From Balanoglossus misakiensis (Eukaryota; Animalia; Hemichordata): DNA of 64,000 bases. The position numbers and the translations under genes are program-made. Shown here one piece after another: positions 28,321 to 41,804 of this stretch. The stretch is from positions 718,736 to 782,735 of the forward strand of contig CM082596.2 of the NCBI GenBank assembly GCA_040954595.2. The letters are read 5' to 3'. The notes under the pieces were generated by a model. That model ran no database searches and was not told where the DNA came from. It saw only the letters and a list, made by a program, of their open reading frames with translations. Within the stretch, counting starts at the first letter, position 1. Every line of letters begins with the position of its first letter.

Positions 28321-29301
28321 GGAAACAGGTTGCCACTTAAGAGATCAATGGGAATTGATTGGCCAGTGTGAATGTCGACTCTCCAAAAAAGATGGCGATT
28401 GTCATGCAAATGATTGGCTAATTTAGCTATTCCGGACTAGAGCTGAAAAGTAAACCTATCGATTGAAGATCTTGAACATATTTGAGTTCTTATAAATCTA
28501 TAATTGTATCTCGCCACCTCAGCTATGAAAAAGAAGCCACGGTTTCAATAGGTGAATGATGGTTCTGCGATGATAAAAATGCATGAATGATTAATTGAAA
28601 CAGGGATGTCTTCAGTATGAATAGGGAAGACTAATGACTCCATGTGAAACTGAAAGGCACAATGGAAAGCACCATTCTATTTATCCCCTGCTCAGACAAA
28701 GCTATCACCCCTATGGAGGAAAATAAACCCGACTCACTTCATTAAGTGGAAAAAAACGATTGCGATCGATTCAGTGCATATTTGGTTTATACACACAGCA
28801 CAGAGCCTCACAGCTTCGGTTCTGTTCCGTTTGAACGCAAAATTCCGCGACCTTTTGAGTCATGGTGACAAAATAACTGGTATTTCTGGCCGGACAGTTT
28901 CTGATGTAATTGTGTAAAAGGTGAGGATTCTTTATCGTTCGTTATTTTCGTGACAGAGCACGCAGTGACTGTGAACGGGAACACACGCACGCGTATAACA
29001 ACACAAGAGCGCCATATATGATGTCAGCAGCTGACCACGTATTAACGACGCAAGCATTCCTTGTGCAAAACAGAACCCTTTATATAACTTCTCTTTAATC
29101 CTAATGAGCTAGTCTTGGAAAACAACTGACTTGATGTAACTGTTCTCTTTTCCGTAGAAACCATTATATATACCTTGGCTGGATTAAGCGTTGAACTTGA
29201 AAGTGGATTTTCATTGACGATTTCAGTTGTTTGAGCGTCAACAGGTGCCAATTCCGATCTCGACAAAAAACGTCTATTTTTTCGTTTTGGCGCACCTCGT
29301 G

Positions 29302-32300
29302 ATGGGGAGCGGGGGCACAAAGCGAGCTCGGAGTGCCAACAGCGATCAGAGTTCAGAAGATGGCAAGGACAAGAAGAGCAAAGGAAAGAAGAAGAAGGAA
29401 AAGACATATTTGATAAAAACACTCTCCGAACACGACGGTGGTATTAACTGCATGTCTATGAGCGAAGACGGGAAAATCTTGGTGACTGGCTCTGAAGATA
29501 AAACGGCCAGGGTTTGGGATTTACAAAAAGATGAGTGCATACACGTTTTGAAGGGACATACTGGGTACATAACATGCATACAAGTGGTAGGAGAATTCGC
29601 ATTTACTGGAAGTTCCGACAAGAAAGTCAGAAAATTTAACGTGCAAACTGGTGCCTGCGAAGTAGTTATCGAGGGACACGCCGCACCTATCAACAGACTT
29701 ATATGTACTGGGGACTTCTTATTTACAAGCTCTTACGATCGCACAGCTATGTGCTGGGACCCAGATGACGGGGAACTCTTGCATATTTTCCGCGGCCACA
29801 AACGAGGGGTGACACCGTTGATGTACATCCCCGCCGAAGACGCGTTAAAAGACGACGTTCTCGACGTGGCCTCTAACAAAGATATCTTGGTGACTGGAAG
29901 CGCCGACACGACAGCCAAGTCCTGGAACATGGACACTGGTGATTGCGAAGTAACATTTAGGGGACACAGGGGCGCTGTTCTGACCCTTGCTGCCGACTCC
30001 ACTGGTTTGGTTCTTTTCACAGGGAGTGGCGACAGTACAGTCCGCAGTTGGAACATTACAACAGGCGAGCAATACAAGGCTTTTGAAGGACATCAATCTT
30101 CAATTATTTGCATACAGGTAAGTGACGTCACAACGGAGTCTTCAGCTGAATTCACAATATTTCCCAATAAGATCGTTTTGCAGGTCTTTTAGCGAAATGG
30201 GAATGCTTATGGCATATGGCTTTTCAAAATAAAAGTATCGCTTTGTGAAAGAATAGCTGTTCTACTGTTGCTAATTAAACTTAATGAACACCATTATCGG
30301 ATCTGTGAACTTCATGCATAATTTACAACCATCACAGGCGTTTAGCTGACGCGATGTTTTCATTGGGAGTGAGATCGGCATTTTAAAGTTAATATGTTTA
30401 GTCAAATTAAAATTTAAAATTGCACGTACATTAATTGCGTTGGATACTTGATATCAGCGTATAATTTCCTATTGCGATTTAATATTTAATAAGCAGCTAT
30501 GTTAATATTTTGAGCTGACAATCGATTGGATGTCAAAGTCGGTTATGAAAAAAATACTTTCATGTAATAACACAAATGATTGTTAAATTAGAGTCTTCAA
30601 GGGACAAAGGCAGGAACAGACAGATAAACACATCACAGAAATGATCCATTATTATAAAAACTATACATGGTAAAATGCAGTATTTTAATCAAACAAGTTA
30701 GAAAACAACAAAGTCAGCGTTTCACCAACACTACAAGGTTGTCGGGTTAATGCAATGTGGCAATGTATACACGTCCTGACTGTCAATTATTAAAGTAGTC
30801 ATGCGCCTCGGGGAAATGATATTTCTTCAAACTCTCTATTCATTGCAATGATATTAAAGAGGATGATCGATCACATTAATAATACAAAGGTATACTTGCA
30901 CTGGGGAATCCAACCGACAGATCTATAGGAATGAAGAATTTGCATATTCTGAAACATCGTCATCTTATCCGCCTCTCCTAAAAAGTCTACAACAATAGAG
31001 ACATAGTAAAAAGATGGGAAACGAAACTGAGAATGCGCAGACTAGTAAATGTGGTTAAACTTGGAAAGGTTGATATTGAACATAAAACAAATGTTGCTTG
31101 TTTTTGTCGTAAAAGGGTAATTTTCACTTCGAAGCACTCTCCTCATCACCCAAAGTATGTTTGAAAGCAATTCATCAAATCCATCAAAAGCGTGGACTGC
31201 GCATGTCTACTGACCCCCCCCCCCAACCCAGCGTTAACTTCAAACTCTGTAAATTCATCTAGACCCGCCACCATTACTCTACAGAACAGCAGCCATGAAT
31301 CCACCGAGTCAATCCCAAATGGTTTTTTAAGAGAACCTTCATAACAGATCACAAAAACGCATGCAGAAACACGTGAGGTTTTAAATGGAAAATATTTCAA
31401 GATGGCGATTGTTATTCAAATTCTTGTCAAATATCACTCAGAAAGAGATTATCGATCCGAGATAATTTTGTTGCTAGCTGATGCTGAAACAAAATCTGTC
31501 TCAGACTGTTTTAAGAAAACCTAGACTAAGAGTATTATATTTATGTCGTGTCTGGTGATGTGACGTCATATGTTGATAAAGCTTTATTATAAGCCTAATG
31601 CATTTTAATTGCATTGTTCATCTGAAGTGTTTATAACGAAAATAGATGCTTTAATTCGCCCTCTTTCAAAGAACTAGACGTAAGCACTTAGCGAGTATTT
31701 GTCCTTTCTATTCCAGTAATCAGAATAAGTAAAGCACACGGCAAATGATGTTGACATTCTCCGGCAGTTGTTGCTGCAGATTATTTGTGTATGCGTCAAT
31801 AACCAGCTGCATATTGACAATGTGTCGACATTCATCATCTAAACTCATTCCTGACGTTTTTCTCATCAAAATGAAGTCGTGTAGACATCCTGTGACCTCT
31901 GTTTCTGTTAAGCAACTGGAACAAAAAAATGTTTCCCGTACTCGAATATTTCCAAAAACCATAGCCATACAGAATAAAAACTTTACATAAATTGATAGTC
32001 AATGCTATGAAAAAACATACGTTTTAAAAAATAGCTGCATCATCCTTTTTGTCACGTGATTCTCTCCGACTCAGCCCCTTTAAACGTTTTGAATCGATGT
32101 TTTATTCCCAAGTGCTGTAGAATATAACAGGGCTATAGTGCTCGATTCCTTGAAAGTATGGTATAAAATAATTTGACCCAAAGCGAGATGCAACCTATAT
32201 AAGCAAAAACGTCGATTCAACACACAGCATTACAATGTTCTGATGACTTTCATTTCGTATCGATCGTTAATTATTCAAACTGTCGATTCGTGAGTATAAA

Positions 32301-35300
32301 ATGGATCACTGATGAATTAGTATATAAAACACACTGTTACCAAGGTAACATTTCTTTTGAGTTAAAGTGGCCTCTTAAAATACCTATCATGCAAGTGTCC
32401 CAGAAACATCACTTTGAGTAACTCGTTTGTTTCTTTCTCAATTAACATGTCAATATTGTTTGAAAAATGCATTGGTGTTCATAGTGTTATTCCGAATGAG
32501 GGTAACTACACCATCATGATTTTCTTAACAAACTCAAAACCTATCTTACAAAACAGAGTGGTATATTGAAAATATAATAGAACGAAATCCTCATATTTTA
32601 TGAATTTTAATCACGTGATTCAGAAATGAAAACCTACACGGCGGAATACACCTGCTGTGGCGGTTGTGATCAATCCTCTGTAAAATGTGGCGTGACAATG
32701 TGTCACACTTGAATTGACAGCATACTTATTAATCACACTTCCTCTACATTGGACTCGCGAGTTTGTCAGCGCTCACGGAAAAGTCTTACTGCAGCAGAAG
32801 CTTCGTTTGAACATTTATGACATCCACAGGAAACGGTTTTATCCCGCGCATGCGTCATTTCCTCCAATATTTTGGCTTTCAAATTGGCCTTGGACCATAT
32901 CATCAAAGGATTCGCGGCTCAAAAACACGGCTTCCGGAAGTGCGTAATTGCTCATTTGGAGCCATCTTTGTTGATTTCCGCTTATTACTTTCCAGAAGCG
33001 TCAGGGCATTCGCTTTCTCCCCATTATCGACATCATGATGGAACAAACGCTCGCTTATCATTGCTATTGTATCCTTTCAACAAAATTGTAATAATGTCTT
33101 CATACAACAGAGTTTGGATTCAGAAGTAGACATAAACATCCCTGATTGAACTCGTGGGATTGGTTTAAATTGATCGTTCAAGTAAATGTAAGCATTTTTT
33201 CATAAGAACACAAACACGTAAAGTTTTACATCAAATTCACAACTAAGATTTTTAGTGTATTTCGATCCCAGAGAGTTTCTTGATAAGCATGAGATTATTG
33301 ATTGCAATATTGTGCTCGATTTCCTAGTATTAATAGGAAATGGATGTTTTTATTGCACATGCGCCAGGTGGATGTACATCACATGACCACCGAGACGTGA
33401 AGGCCGTCTTCAATTATTCGATTGGAACAGAGCAAGTTAGAACCTGTTCTCTGCGGTGACCGTGTAACCAAATTTATTTGATGTTCCAACTGAAAGGTTC
33501 ATGAATTTCGTGACACAGACTGATAAAACGTCAGTGAATTTTGCGTGTTTATTTCTCTGTCGAGAGCTTATCGACAGCTGTTCTCGATGCGACACATTAA
33601 TTATTGCTTATTATTTTGTTTGCAACAACCTTGCGGTAGACTCACCGTAAAATATGAGGTTAAACGGCTGATATGATTACTTCAATCCGATAAATTTGCT
33701 CTCATCCCTTTACATTGCAGACACTTCAAAATATATTCACTCGCTGTTACTAACCAACAGCTGTCTTTCCATGACAACAATAACCATAGGAACCACTCAA
33801 TCTATGAGCGGAATGCAGACTTTACGGAAATGTATGAGTGTGTTGTTCTGCATAAAATAACAAAAGCTATCAAGTCTAACTGTCTAAAGGAACATTAAAG
33901 GTATACGGTCACCTATGCAAATTTAACCACTGTTGCCATGGAAGAAATATAGCCAATCACAGATTATCAGTGGGTGCCACGCACGAAAATAGTGCGACAC
34001 CACATAGCCATTCGTAGACTTAGACACGCCCTTTTGACCATATATAGGCAGATGTAAATTAGACAGACAGAATGCGGATTTCTATAATTACTTCACAATA
34101 TGGCAGAGGGTCTGATCGGTCGTATTAATAAAACGTGACGCATGAAGCATTTCGATATTCGTGAAATGGCCAAGTGGCTCGCCTGGATATTTTCAAAACC
34201 TATGGATGTTGTACTAGTCAGAAAACAAAAGCACTCAAGGTATTATTGAAGTCCTAATGCTCAAATCGATTTGTTTAAACATCGCTCAGAACTCCACCAT
34301 TGAATGGCCTCACCTCCAAAGAGCGTAACAGAAGGAAACGCACCCATGCTATTTTCTTCTTCTATTGACTCTGGTAGCCATAACAACGAGCGCAAAGCTC
34401 TTTCGTCAGCTGTGAAAGTGTATTATATTAATGACGTAACGTCTGGATCTGTTTTCTTGCTTATATATATTGAATCTAGCATTTTGGTTGTTAACTTGAT
34501 GCAAATTGTAACGATTATGCAATTACGGGTAGAAGTCAAACACAAATTGGGATTTATGATATTTCAGAAATTGATGTTTGTCTGGAATTAGGAACCAGCA
34601 AATGGACATAGTCAAATGCTTAAAAATTCGTTGGTGAAACTTATAACGATCTCTATTATTATGCGGTTTTCTACTGACGATTTAGTTGGCGGATCTTGTT
34701 AATATCCGCTATGAGCGGATCGTGAAGGGCAGTGTGGCGATTAAGTTCATCACATTCACATCACACAGAATAGATCCAATAGCTTTTTCAATTGTTGGTG
34801 GAACAGAACACACAACCCTAAATGTTTCTATTTGACTCCTTTGATTGTCTATTAGTGGGTTGTCGGCCTAACCTTTCTTGGTGACAAGTATTCTATAATA
34901 GACATGTCAACATGTACCATCTATCGCATTTAACTGGGAGTAATATTAGATAAAGGAACAAGGCAAAATTGGACAGATTTAAGTTGGATAATTTGTCGCC
35001 TAAAATTTTATTTTCGGATAAAGTACATTTATTTTCATGATATTTGTTGCAGTCATAGTATTACACAACAGTGCTTGTTTTTACATTCTGATCTAAAGAT
35101 AACTGACTTTCGGTTTCCAAGGATACCTAAATGTTATCGATGACGTCATGCGCAGTTTGCGCCTACACCCATCCTTTAATTGCATGGCTGTCAATTTTTA
35201 TGTGGTAGTAAAACAAAAGCGGGTTTATTTAATAAAGAACGGGTAACTAGGCAACTGAACAAGTAAATGTGTTGTTCTATCTGTGGTGTGAGGTAATGAC

Positions 35301-37081
35301 GTCATGTCAACCTCCCCAAGGAGTTTTCGTGATGACACATGCCAATGTGATATTCATTGGAGCGACTGATAATTATTTTTCCCGTATTAGAATAAACCTT
35401 TCTCTTTGTTAAATTAGTAAAGGTAGATTTACATTTCCAACAATTATTTCCAAAAAATTCAGCGAAATATTGCATACATCCGAGTTAGGTGGCTCGTCAC
35501 TGTCCCTTAAACATAATTTAATTCAATTTGATTTAAATCAATTCAATTCAAATTAAATATAAAAGTGTAGAGTGGTCCAGAAAGACGGTCGAGGCCGTTC
35601 ACGACATATTCATTTGAGCTCGACCCATAAACGTGGATACCAAATATTTTGCTAGCAACGCCTCAGCAAAATACTTCAGTTAGTCGCATTTTAATTTCCT
35701 GTAATTTTGTGCAAAGGTAATTACGCTTGGAATAATTACTCGGGGGAAATGTATAATAGGCGTGCTTTCACAGCTAATCGTGTGGGTAAGGTATGAAAAG
35801 AGCGTTAGCGAACTGGAAATCTAGGCCAGAGCCGTTACTATGACAATGCTATTGTTACTAATGGTTTTCGAAGAATCCCTCCGCGGATGAGTTTGAGAGG
35901 TTACTGTTGACGTGATGGTTGCGTGATAATCACCATCTACGAAAAAGAAATTCACGAAACTTTGCCGAACAACCAGTGACCGTTTGAAAGCTAATTTAAC
36001 ATCTTCAGATTCAGTTGGATTTTCCAGATCAGTTTCAAACACAGCTTATTCTTTCTTTTTTCTCTCTATTGTTTCAGGTCGTACAGAAGCTAATGTATAC
36101 CGGCAGCTCAGACTGTAATGCCAAATGTTGGGTGACGGAGTTTGGTGACTGTACGAGAACATATCAAGGCCACAGACACACTATAACTACCTTAAGATTT
36201 AACGAAGGATTGTGTAAGTCTGGTTTCTTTGGCGCGTTTTATCAGATCGATCACTCCAAACCGCATCACAACCTTGTTTTGTATACATATAGAGACGATT
36301 TACATGCTACTTTGTTACATACTACTGCGCACCGCATCACAACCCCGCGCCGCATAACATCCAATCCATCCGTATCACCACATTCGTGTCTTATTACTCA
36401 GGCTGAGTTGGCAACTGAATCTATCACGCCATCAAACTGTCTTTCCTTGTATTTCTATCAACAACAATCAGAAGATATTTCGTTGCAGCGCCGAAATCTT
36501 TAACCACAGCACATTTTCACGTTCATTTTGTCCGCAGTGTATACCGGGTGCGGTGACAACCTAACTAGAGTGTACGATGCCAAATCGGGTGCCTTAAAAC
36601 GGACTTTCAAGGGTCATGAATATGTGGTCAACTGTTTGGCGGTAAGTATTAAAAGCCGTTATTACGTGCAAACTCTTTTCGTGAAAAAAAATTCCCTGTG
36701 AAATTGAAATATGGCTGAATTCCTCTTTTACAGATAAACAACGGCAAACTGTACACTGCCTCCTTTGATGGTTCAATTAAGATATGGGATATTGATGACA
36801 TCAAAGATGACATCACCAGTTTCGGGAACAAAGACGACGAGGAGGAAGAAGACAACAAGGAAAAGAAGAAAAACAAGAAAAACAAAGACAAGGACAACAA
36901 CGACAATGACGAAAAAGACAGCATTGTGGAAAAGAACGAAATGGAAAGCACCGAGAAACTAAGAAGCACGGATGAGAAAAAGGACAGTGAGAAAGATTTC
37001 GATGATGACGGCTTGGATGACGAGATTACGCGGGAAATTGAAGAAATCAATAAGGAAATGGAATCTGTCAAAGATGTGTAA
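29302..37081 (+). CDS. WDR86: WD repeat-containing protein 86 ortholog; exons 29302-30117, 36078-36213, 36538-36641, 36734-37081
   Basis: The spliced product follows human WDR86 repeat by repeat: EHDGGINCMSMSEDGKILVTGSEDKTARVW, LFTSSYDRTA, LVTGSADTTAKSW, RGHRGAVL, GHQSSIICIQ|VVQKLMYTGSSD, LYTGCGD, LYTASFDGSIKIWD. All introns are GT-AG with compatible phases (0,1,0). The start is MGSGGT at 29302 and the stop is TAA at 37079-37081. Intron 1 is about 6 kb. Confidence 0.93.
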
Positions 37082-40000
37082 TTTGGAACTTTCCTGACTA
37101 GTACTCTCCTGTTTACAACGATTTCCTCTGAACACGACCATGTGAACAAATCATTGGGAAGTTTCGCGACTCTGTGGTTGTCATTGACCTGGACATGATG
37201 TGATCCCAGTAAATGAACACATTCTTTCAACGCCATGCTCATTAAAAGTGTGGTATACTCACGAAATTAGTTGGCTAACCTTGTTAGGGCAATATTTCCA
37301 TTGAGAGCACGCGCACGCAACGGTTTATACATATATTAATTATTAGCATATTAAGTATTAGCATGGGACACTTGTACAAGCCCGCCATTTTGAATTCGTC
37401 TTTTGCAGTCACTTGTTGATCAAATTTACAGTTGGCTGTTTCTAGTTTTTATTTGACATAGTTTGTATGATTCGCATTTACATTGGTGAACATCACGATT
37501 GGCTATTACAAAGAAGGGAGCGATTTTAACAGATGGTCAGTTGATAAACTATAAAAACAAAAGAAATGGAGTGGCGAAAGGCTACATGAACTACTTGTCA
37601 TTTACAAAACATCAGACTTTCGTTGTATTCAGCAATGAATATATTTGGAGCATTTCGACAAAATATCTTGGATTTGGAGGTAACAATGTCGCGGGGCAGA
37701 ACGTGTAAACGGGTTTCTAAATTTGTCTAGACTTATTATTCGATCTTAGCAACTCGATTTACGGCATTAAATGACTAATAAACTAGGGTCGCTAAAGATG
37801 ATACTCTTTTATTTCTACTTAAAACTTAGAATAGGGTTTGAAAGGTACAGAAATGTCAATAATATTATGATACAAACTCTGCAAAGATCGATGGTGAATC
37901 GCGTTGGAAAACATAGTAATAGTTGTCGCGTTTACTGCTCCACTAGAGAGCATACACTTTTACATTAATTTTCATTCAACAAAAGCAACGCACGAAAAAT
38001 TACAATAAGCAATAACAAATTTTATGTGGTCACGTTCCCAATCTATTTCCTGTCGACTTTATCTCTACAAATAATTGGTGGAGGCATCGTCCACTGACGA
38101 GGATGCCGGAACCACCAGCAGGATTCAAAGCCCGTACACAATGTTGTGCGCTTATGAGTGTATTGTCTTTATTTTACCCATAAGTCAATGGTTGCTATCT
38201 CACCCTGAACAAGAGCTGTCGCCTGTTGGATGACGGGTTGAATCAAATAAATTAAATAAATAATAAATATTAAATGTAAATTAAAGATAATTGATTTATA
38301 TTTCTATTTTCTACTCTTCATTAGATCAAATCTGAATGAGCTATCTTTGTAGCACGAGTTAAGCACGATAATATTAATTCTTAAAAAGTTTTGAGCAAAG
38401 TAAATGAATTTGAATTTTAAAACAAAGCTTGAACGTTTAGAAAGCACTTAGTCGATCAGCGAGGAATATTTTTTTACTTAATTATAGTTAATTATAAGTT
38501 TTCATGAGAGGGAGTGAATGAATATTGGCTGTCCACTCTCTGACTTCTTTTAGATGAAAAGAGAACAATTACAGGGGATGTTATTCGTCAATACCAGAAG
38601 CTATAAAACGCTCATTACAAGAAATGAGTTGAGATGTAAATTCAAGTGATTCAACTTATGTTAGTCAGAAGAACAACAACATTTGTCGGTATAATATCAA
38701 ACGTTGGATTTGTTTTATCTGGACAACAAATGACAACAGCTTTTCTGCAAGTAGCAGACTACAACACAACCATAAGATAAAATATCAAAGTTTCTATGCA
38801 AAAGATCCACTTAACCGAACAGCCTAGGGGTTCTAACAACATAATATTTTGAGCATTAATGACAGCTTACTACCCATTCTCGAAAGAAATAAAACTCTTT
38901 CTACACAACTCGTGTGAGATGTGATTTGAAATTGCTAAAATACTGTCATGATTTTTTTTTACAAATTACGTCATGTATCGTAGTTTTAAGTTCACTTACC
39001 GATTTATGCACGGAGATCAAAATTTACACATTTATTGAAATGGATGCTTCTAGAGACATATCAAAGTTAAAAACGTTCGCACACATATTCAAAGCACGTG
39101 CAGTAAGGTTTTCTGGTAATGTATTGTTTTATTGATTTACTGTGTGGAACCAGGGTAAAATAAATAAAGCTTTCACTGCAAATTTATCGTGTTTGGTGTT
39201 TTCTTTGTGGATATCGAGCGTTTGTGAAGAATGGACACGCCCTGTGGAGAGAGGGGTGACGTCACATTTCCTCCGCTGTTCCACACCAACACTGTGTGTT
39301 GTATTTGGTTTGGACAAATTACATGGACGTAAAAGGGTCAATTATGATTTGTGCGGCCCTTGCTAATTTAGTTCTATCCCATAATCACTCTATGATTCAT
39401 GTTCCTGACAATATTGAGAATATTGCCGTAAAAGGGTTGTCTATTACACGGCTTGACTTTAACATCAGGTTGCCTGAGTCCCCAGTTGCTGAAATCACGC
39501 TACGCTATGAGAGAATGGTATCTACATGTACTCACTTGTTCGTTGGTGGAGTGTACTTCGGCAGACCGGAAGGACAGTTAGCGTCTTCTTCAAATAGTCT
39601 TGCAAATTTCCCCCGAGTTCTTCAAAATCCTGGCATAGTGTTCCTCGCAAGTCTCTGCATGCTTTTGTGCTTCATTTCGGACATGTGCTTCGTATTTTGG
39701 ACAGAGAATATTCGTCGTTATCGTGGATCCGACACGGTGCTATCACATCCGAAACGGTGACATGGTTGAAGTTGCTCGGGTCAATGTTCGAAAGCACGTG
39801 GTGCATTACACATGCATAACCAATGGAAATCTCTATATACAGTCAGATGTGTTTCAAACCGTTGTTTATTGGCCGACAGGAAAGCTTCGTGTACCACGTG
39901 ATCGGTTAGGCTTTATACCAGGTGTTGTTAACGCTCGTTGGAAACTGAATGAACTCTTACAGCGGACTCTTACAAGTATTTTCATCAACTACAAACTTAC

Positions 40001-40124
40001 AAAACGAAAGCGTAAATCTCTTTATTTCTTATAAGAAAGTATAAAAAATGAACTTGTACAATGAGAGCTTCGCATGCATCTCTTCCACACACACACACAC
40101 AAACACATAATATCTGTGGTAGCA

Positions 40125-40490
40125 TCAGTCAGTGCATTTATCTGTGATGAGTCTAATCACTCCAGTCGAGTTGAATTGTAACAGCATTTGAAACTCCCTT
40201 GGGATAGTTTTCTGGTGAAGAGTTGTCTTGTCGAAGTAATGATGAGAAACCTTGTTTCCATGGCGATCATGTTCGTATGGCCAGAATCCATAGAGGTCCA
40301 AAGTATTGCAGAAAAGCGTTGCTAAGGTGAACATCACAAAGCCCTCGCTTGATGAAGGTTTCTTCCAAAATCTGTGCGTGAAATTATTCAGACATCAATG
40401 TTAAAAAAAATTGTTAACACACTAAAATATTCGTTGCAACAGATCACAACGCTTGTTCATTGCACCAGTTCAACAGGCAGATCGGACCGT

Positions 40491-40540
<50 letters not shown>

Positions 40541-41804
40541 TTTACCTGTTTATCTTGTTTGGATATAATGGCATCGGCGAATATGCTACATGCACTTTGT
40601 ACTTTGTTCCAGAGTTCAGGTTTTCAAGAAGATTTCGCAGCTTGACCTTGGCACCCCTCATTACCCTTCTCTTCCATGACATGTCATAGGGAAACCACAA
40701 TATTGTATCGTTTAAGTTCAATAATTCTTCGTGATAACGCCTGGTAGACATTTTGAGCTGTTTAGATTTCTTAGCATTAAAGTATTTACTCATATATCCA
40801 ACGACAAGGTGACTTATGGATATAAGATTAGTTTTGCTGCCGGCATCCCTTTCAAAGCCGTGTACTCGTGGTATATTTGCTCTCATAATGAAATCATGAT
40901 CATCGATTTGCTTTCCGCACGTGCTGTTGCGAAGAATCCCACTGCTGCCAACAAGAGCACAGCGATTTTGAGGTTTCATAGTCTCGAAGAATTCATCGTA
41001 TAGATCTCTGTATCTGCCCATGGGTGGGTACCCTTGCGACCAGAAGTTCTGAGGAAATTCTATCTCTTTCCATCGTACATGGCGACGAAATATGGCGATA
41101 GAATTTTCTAAATCAAACATTTTGAAGGTGACATTCCTGAAAAGAGACCGGGATGGTGGTTTACATGCATGATGAATTGTTTTACTGTTGGTCAGTAATC
41201 TATATGGGGTGGTACAAGCAGGAGGGTCACCATCATCGGCCAATTCTGGTAATACACAAGTCGAATCAGAAACAGGTACACAACAGTGAATATTTCTTGC
41301 TTTTCTAGGCAACAAGTTGAGTCACACAAGACAGATGGATGGGCGCTGAATGAACCTACCTTAATTCTTCAAGTGAAGTTACATTTCTTTGATTCATGGT
41401 GAAAACCTCCGGGGCAGAAATGTTGAGGAATTCATTTTGAAGTTTGTCGGTGCTGTTTACGCTGAAAATAATTTAAATAGAAGCCGCATATTCAAAACCA
41501 CTGAAATCATGGCCCTGCATTAGGTTTTCTTTTGTACAACCAGAATACAACTGAAGTGTCGGTCATGTTACCATAATTTGAGATGCAGAGAATGGTCATC
41601 GTAAATATTAACTTATACTCACAAGCGTTTGTACTTGTGTAATTCCAAATCTCGTTCTCGGTGTTGGGAGACCTGTCCTTGAACTTCGAAGTAGATGACC
41701 ATGATAGAACAGGTACCAAGGGTGACCATGCAGAGAAAGCACGATTTCATCGTCAGTGGTGTCAATTGGCCACGCACAAACTTCAAACGCTCGGGGAAAT
41801 CCAT
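40125..41804 (-). CDS. ST8Sia-like alpha-2,8-sialyltransferase (GT29), tandem copy A; exons 41804-41623, 41461-41360, 41136-40546, 40371-40125
   Basis: Type II anchor (SCFLCMVTLGTCSIMVIYF) and a stem exon ending TSLEELR. Sialylmotif L is RCALVGSSGILRNSTCGKQIDDHDFIMRAN...DAGSKT, motif S is SSEGFVMFTLATLFCNTLDLYGFWPY, and motif III is HHYFD. The C-terminal Cys typical of ST8Sia is present (TDKCTD). Three GT-AG introns, all phase 2. Confidence 0.9.
40494..40540. repeat. (GACA)n microsatellite in the last intron of ST8Sia-like copy A, next to the donor site
   Basis: About 11-12 perfect GACA units read directly. Confidence 0.95.

Noticed and set aside
14969-28990. Many 60-125 aa ORFs on both strands
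   Set aside because: No recognisable domains, many non-ATG starts and no phase-consistent exon chain; consistent with chance ORFs.
29227-29301. ORF-track N-terminal extension of WDR86 from a TTG start, and its read-through to 30192
   Set aside because: Homology begins at ATG 29302 (MGSGG), and a canonical donor CAG|GTAAG at 30117 ends the exon.
36649-37242. 197-aa Ser/Leu/Phe-rich minus-strand ORF
   Set aside because: It is the antisense shadow of the low-complexity D/E/K tail exon of WDR86. The same applies to 49560-49871 against RAB3GAP1 and 56625-56981 against AAMP.
39296-40034. 154-aa and 103-aa plus-strand ORFs and a minus-strand donor-like site near 39535
   Set aside because: No recognisable homology, and the minus-strand frames are interrupted by stops. 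A non-coding exon cannot be excluded but is unsupported.
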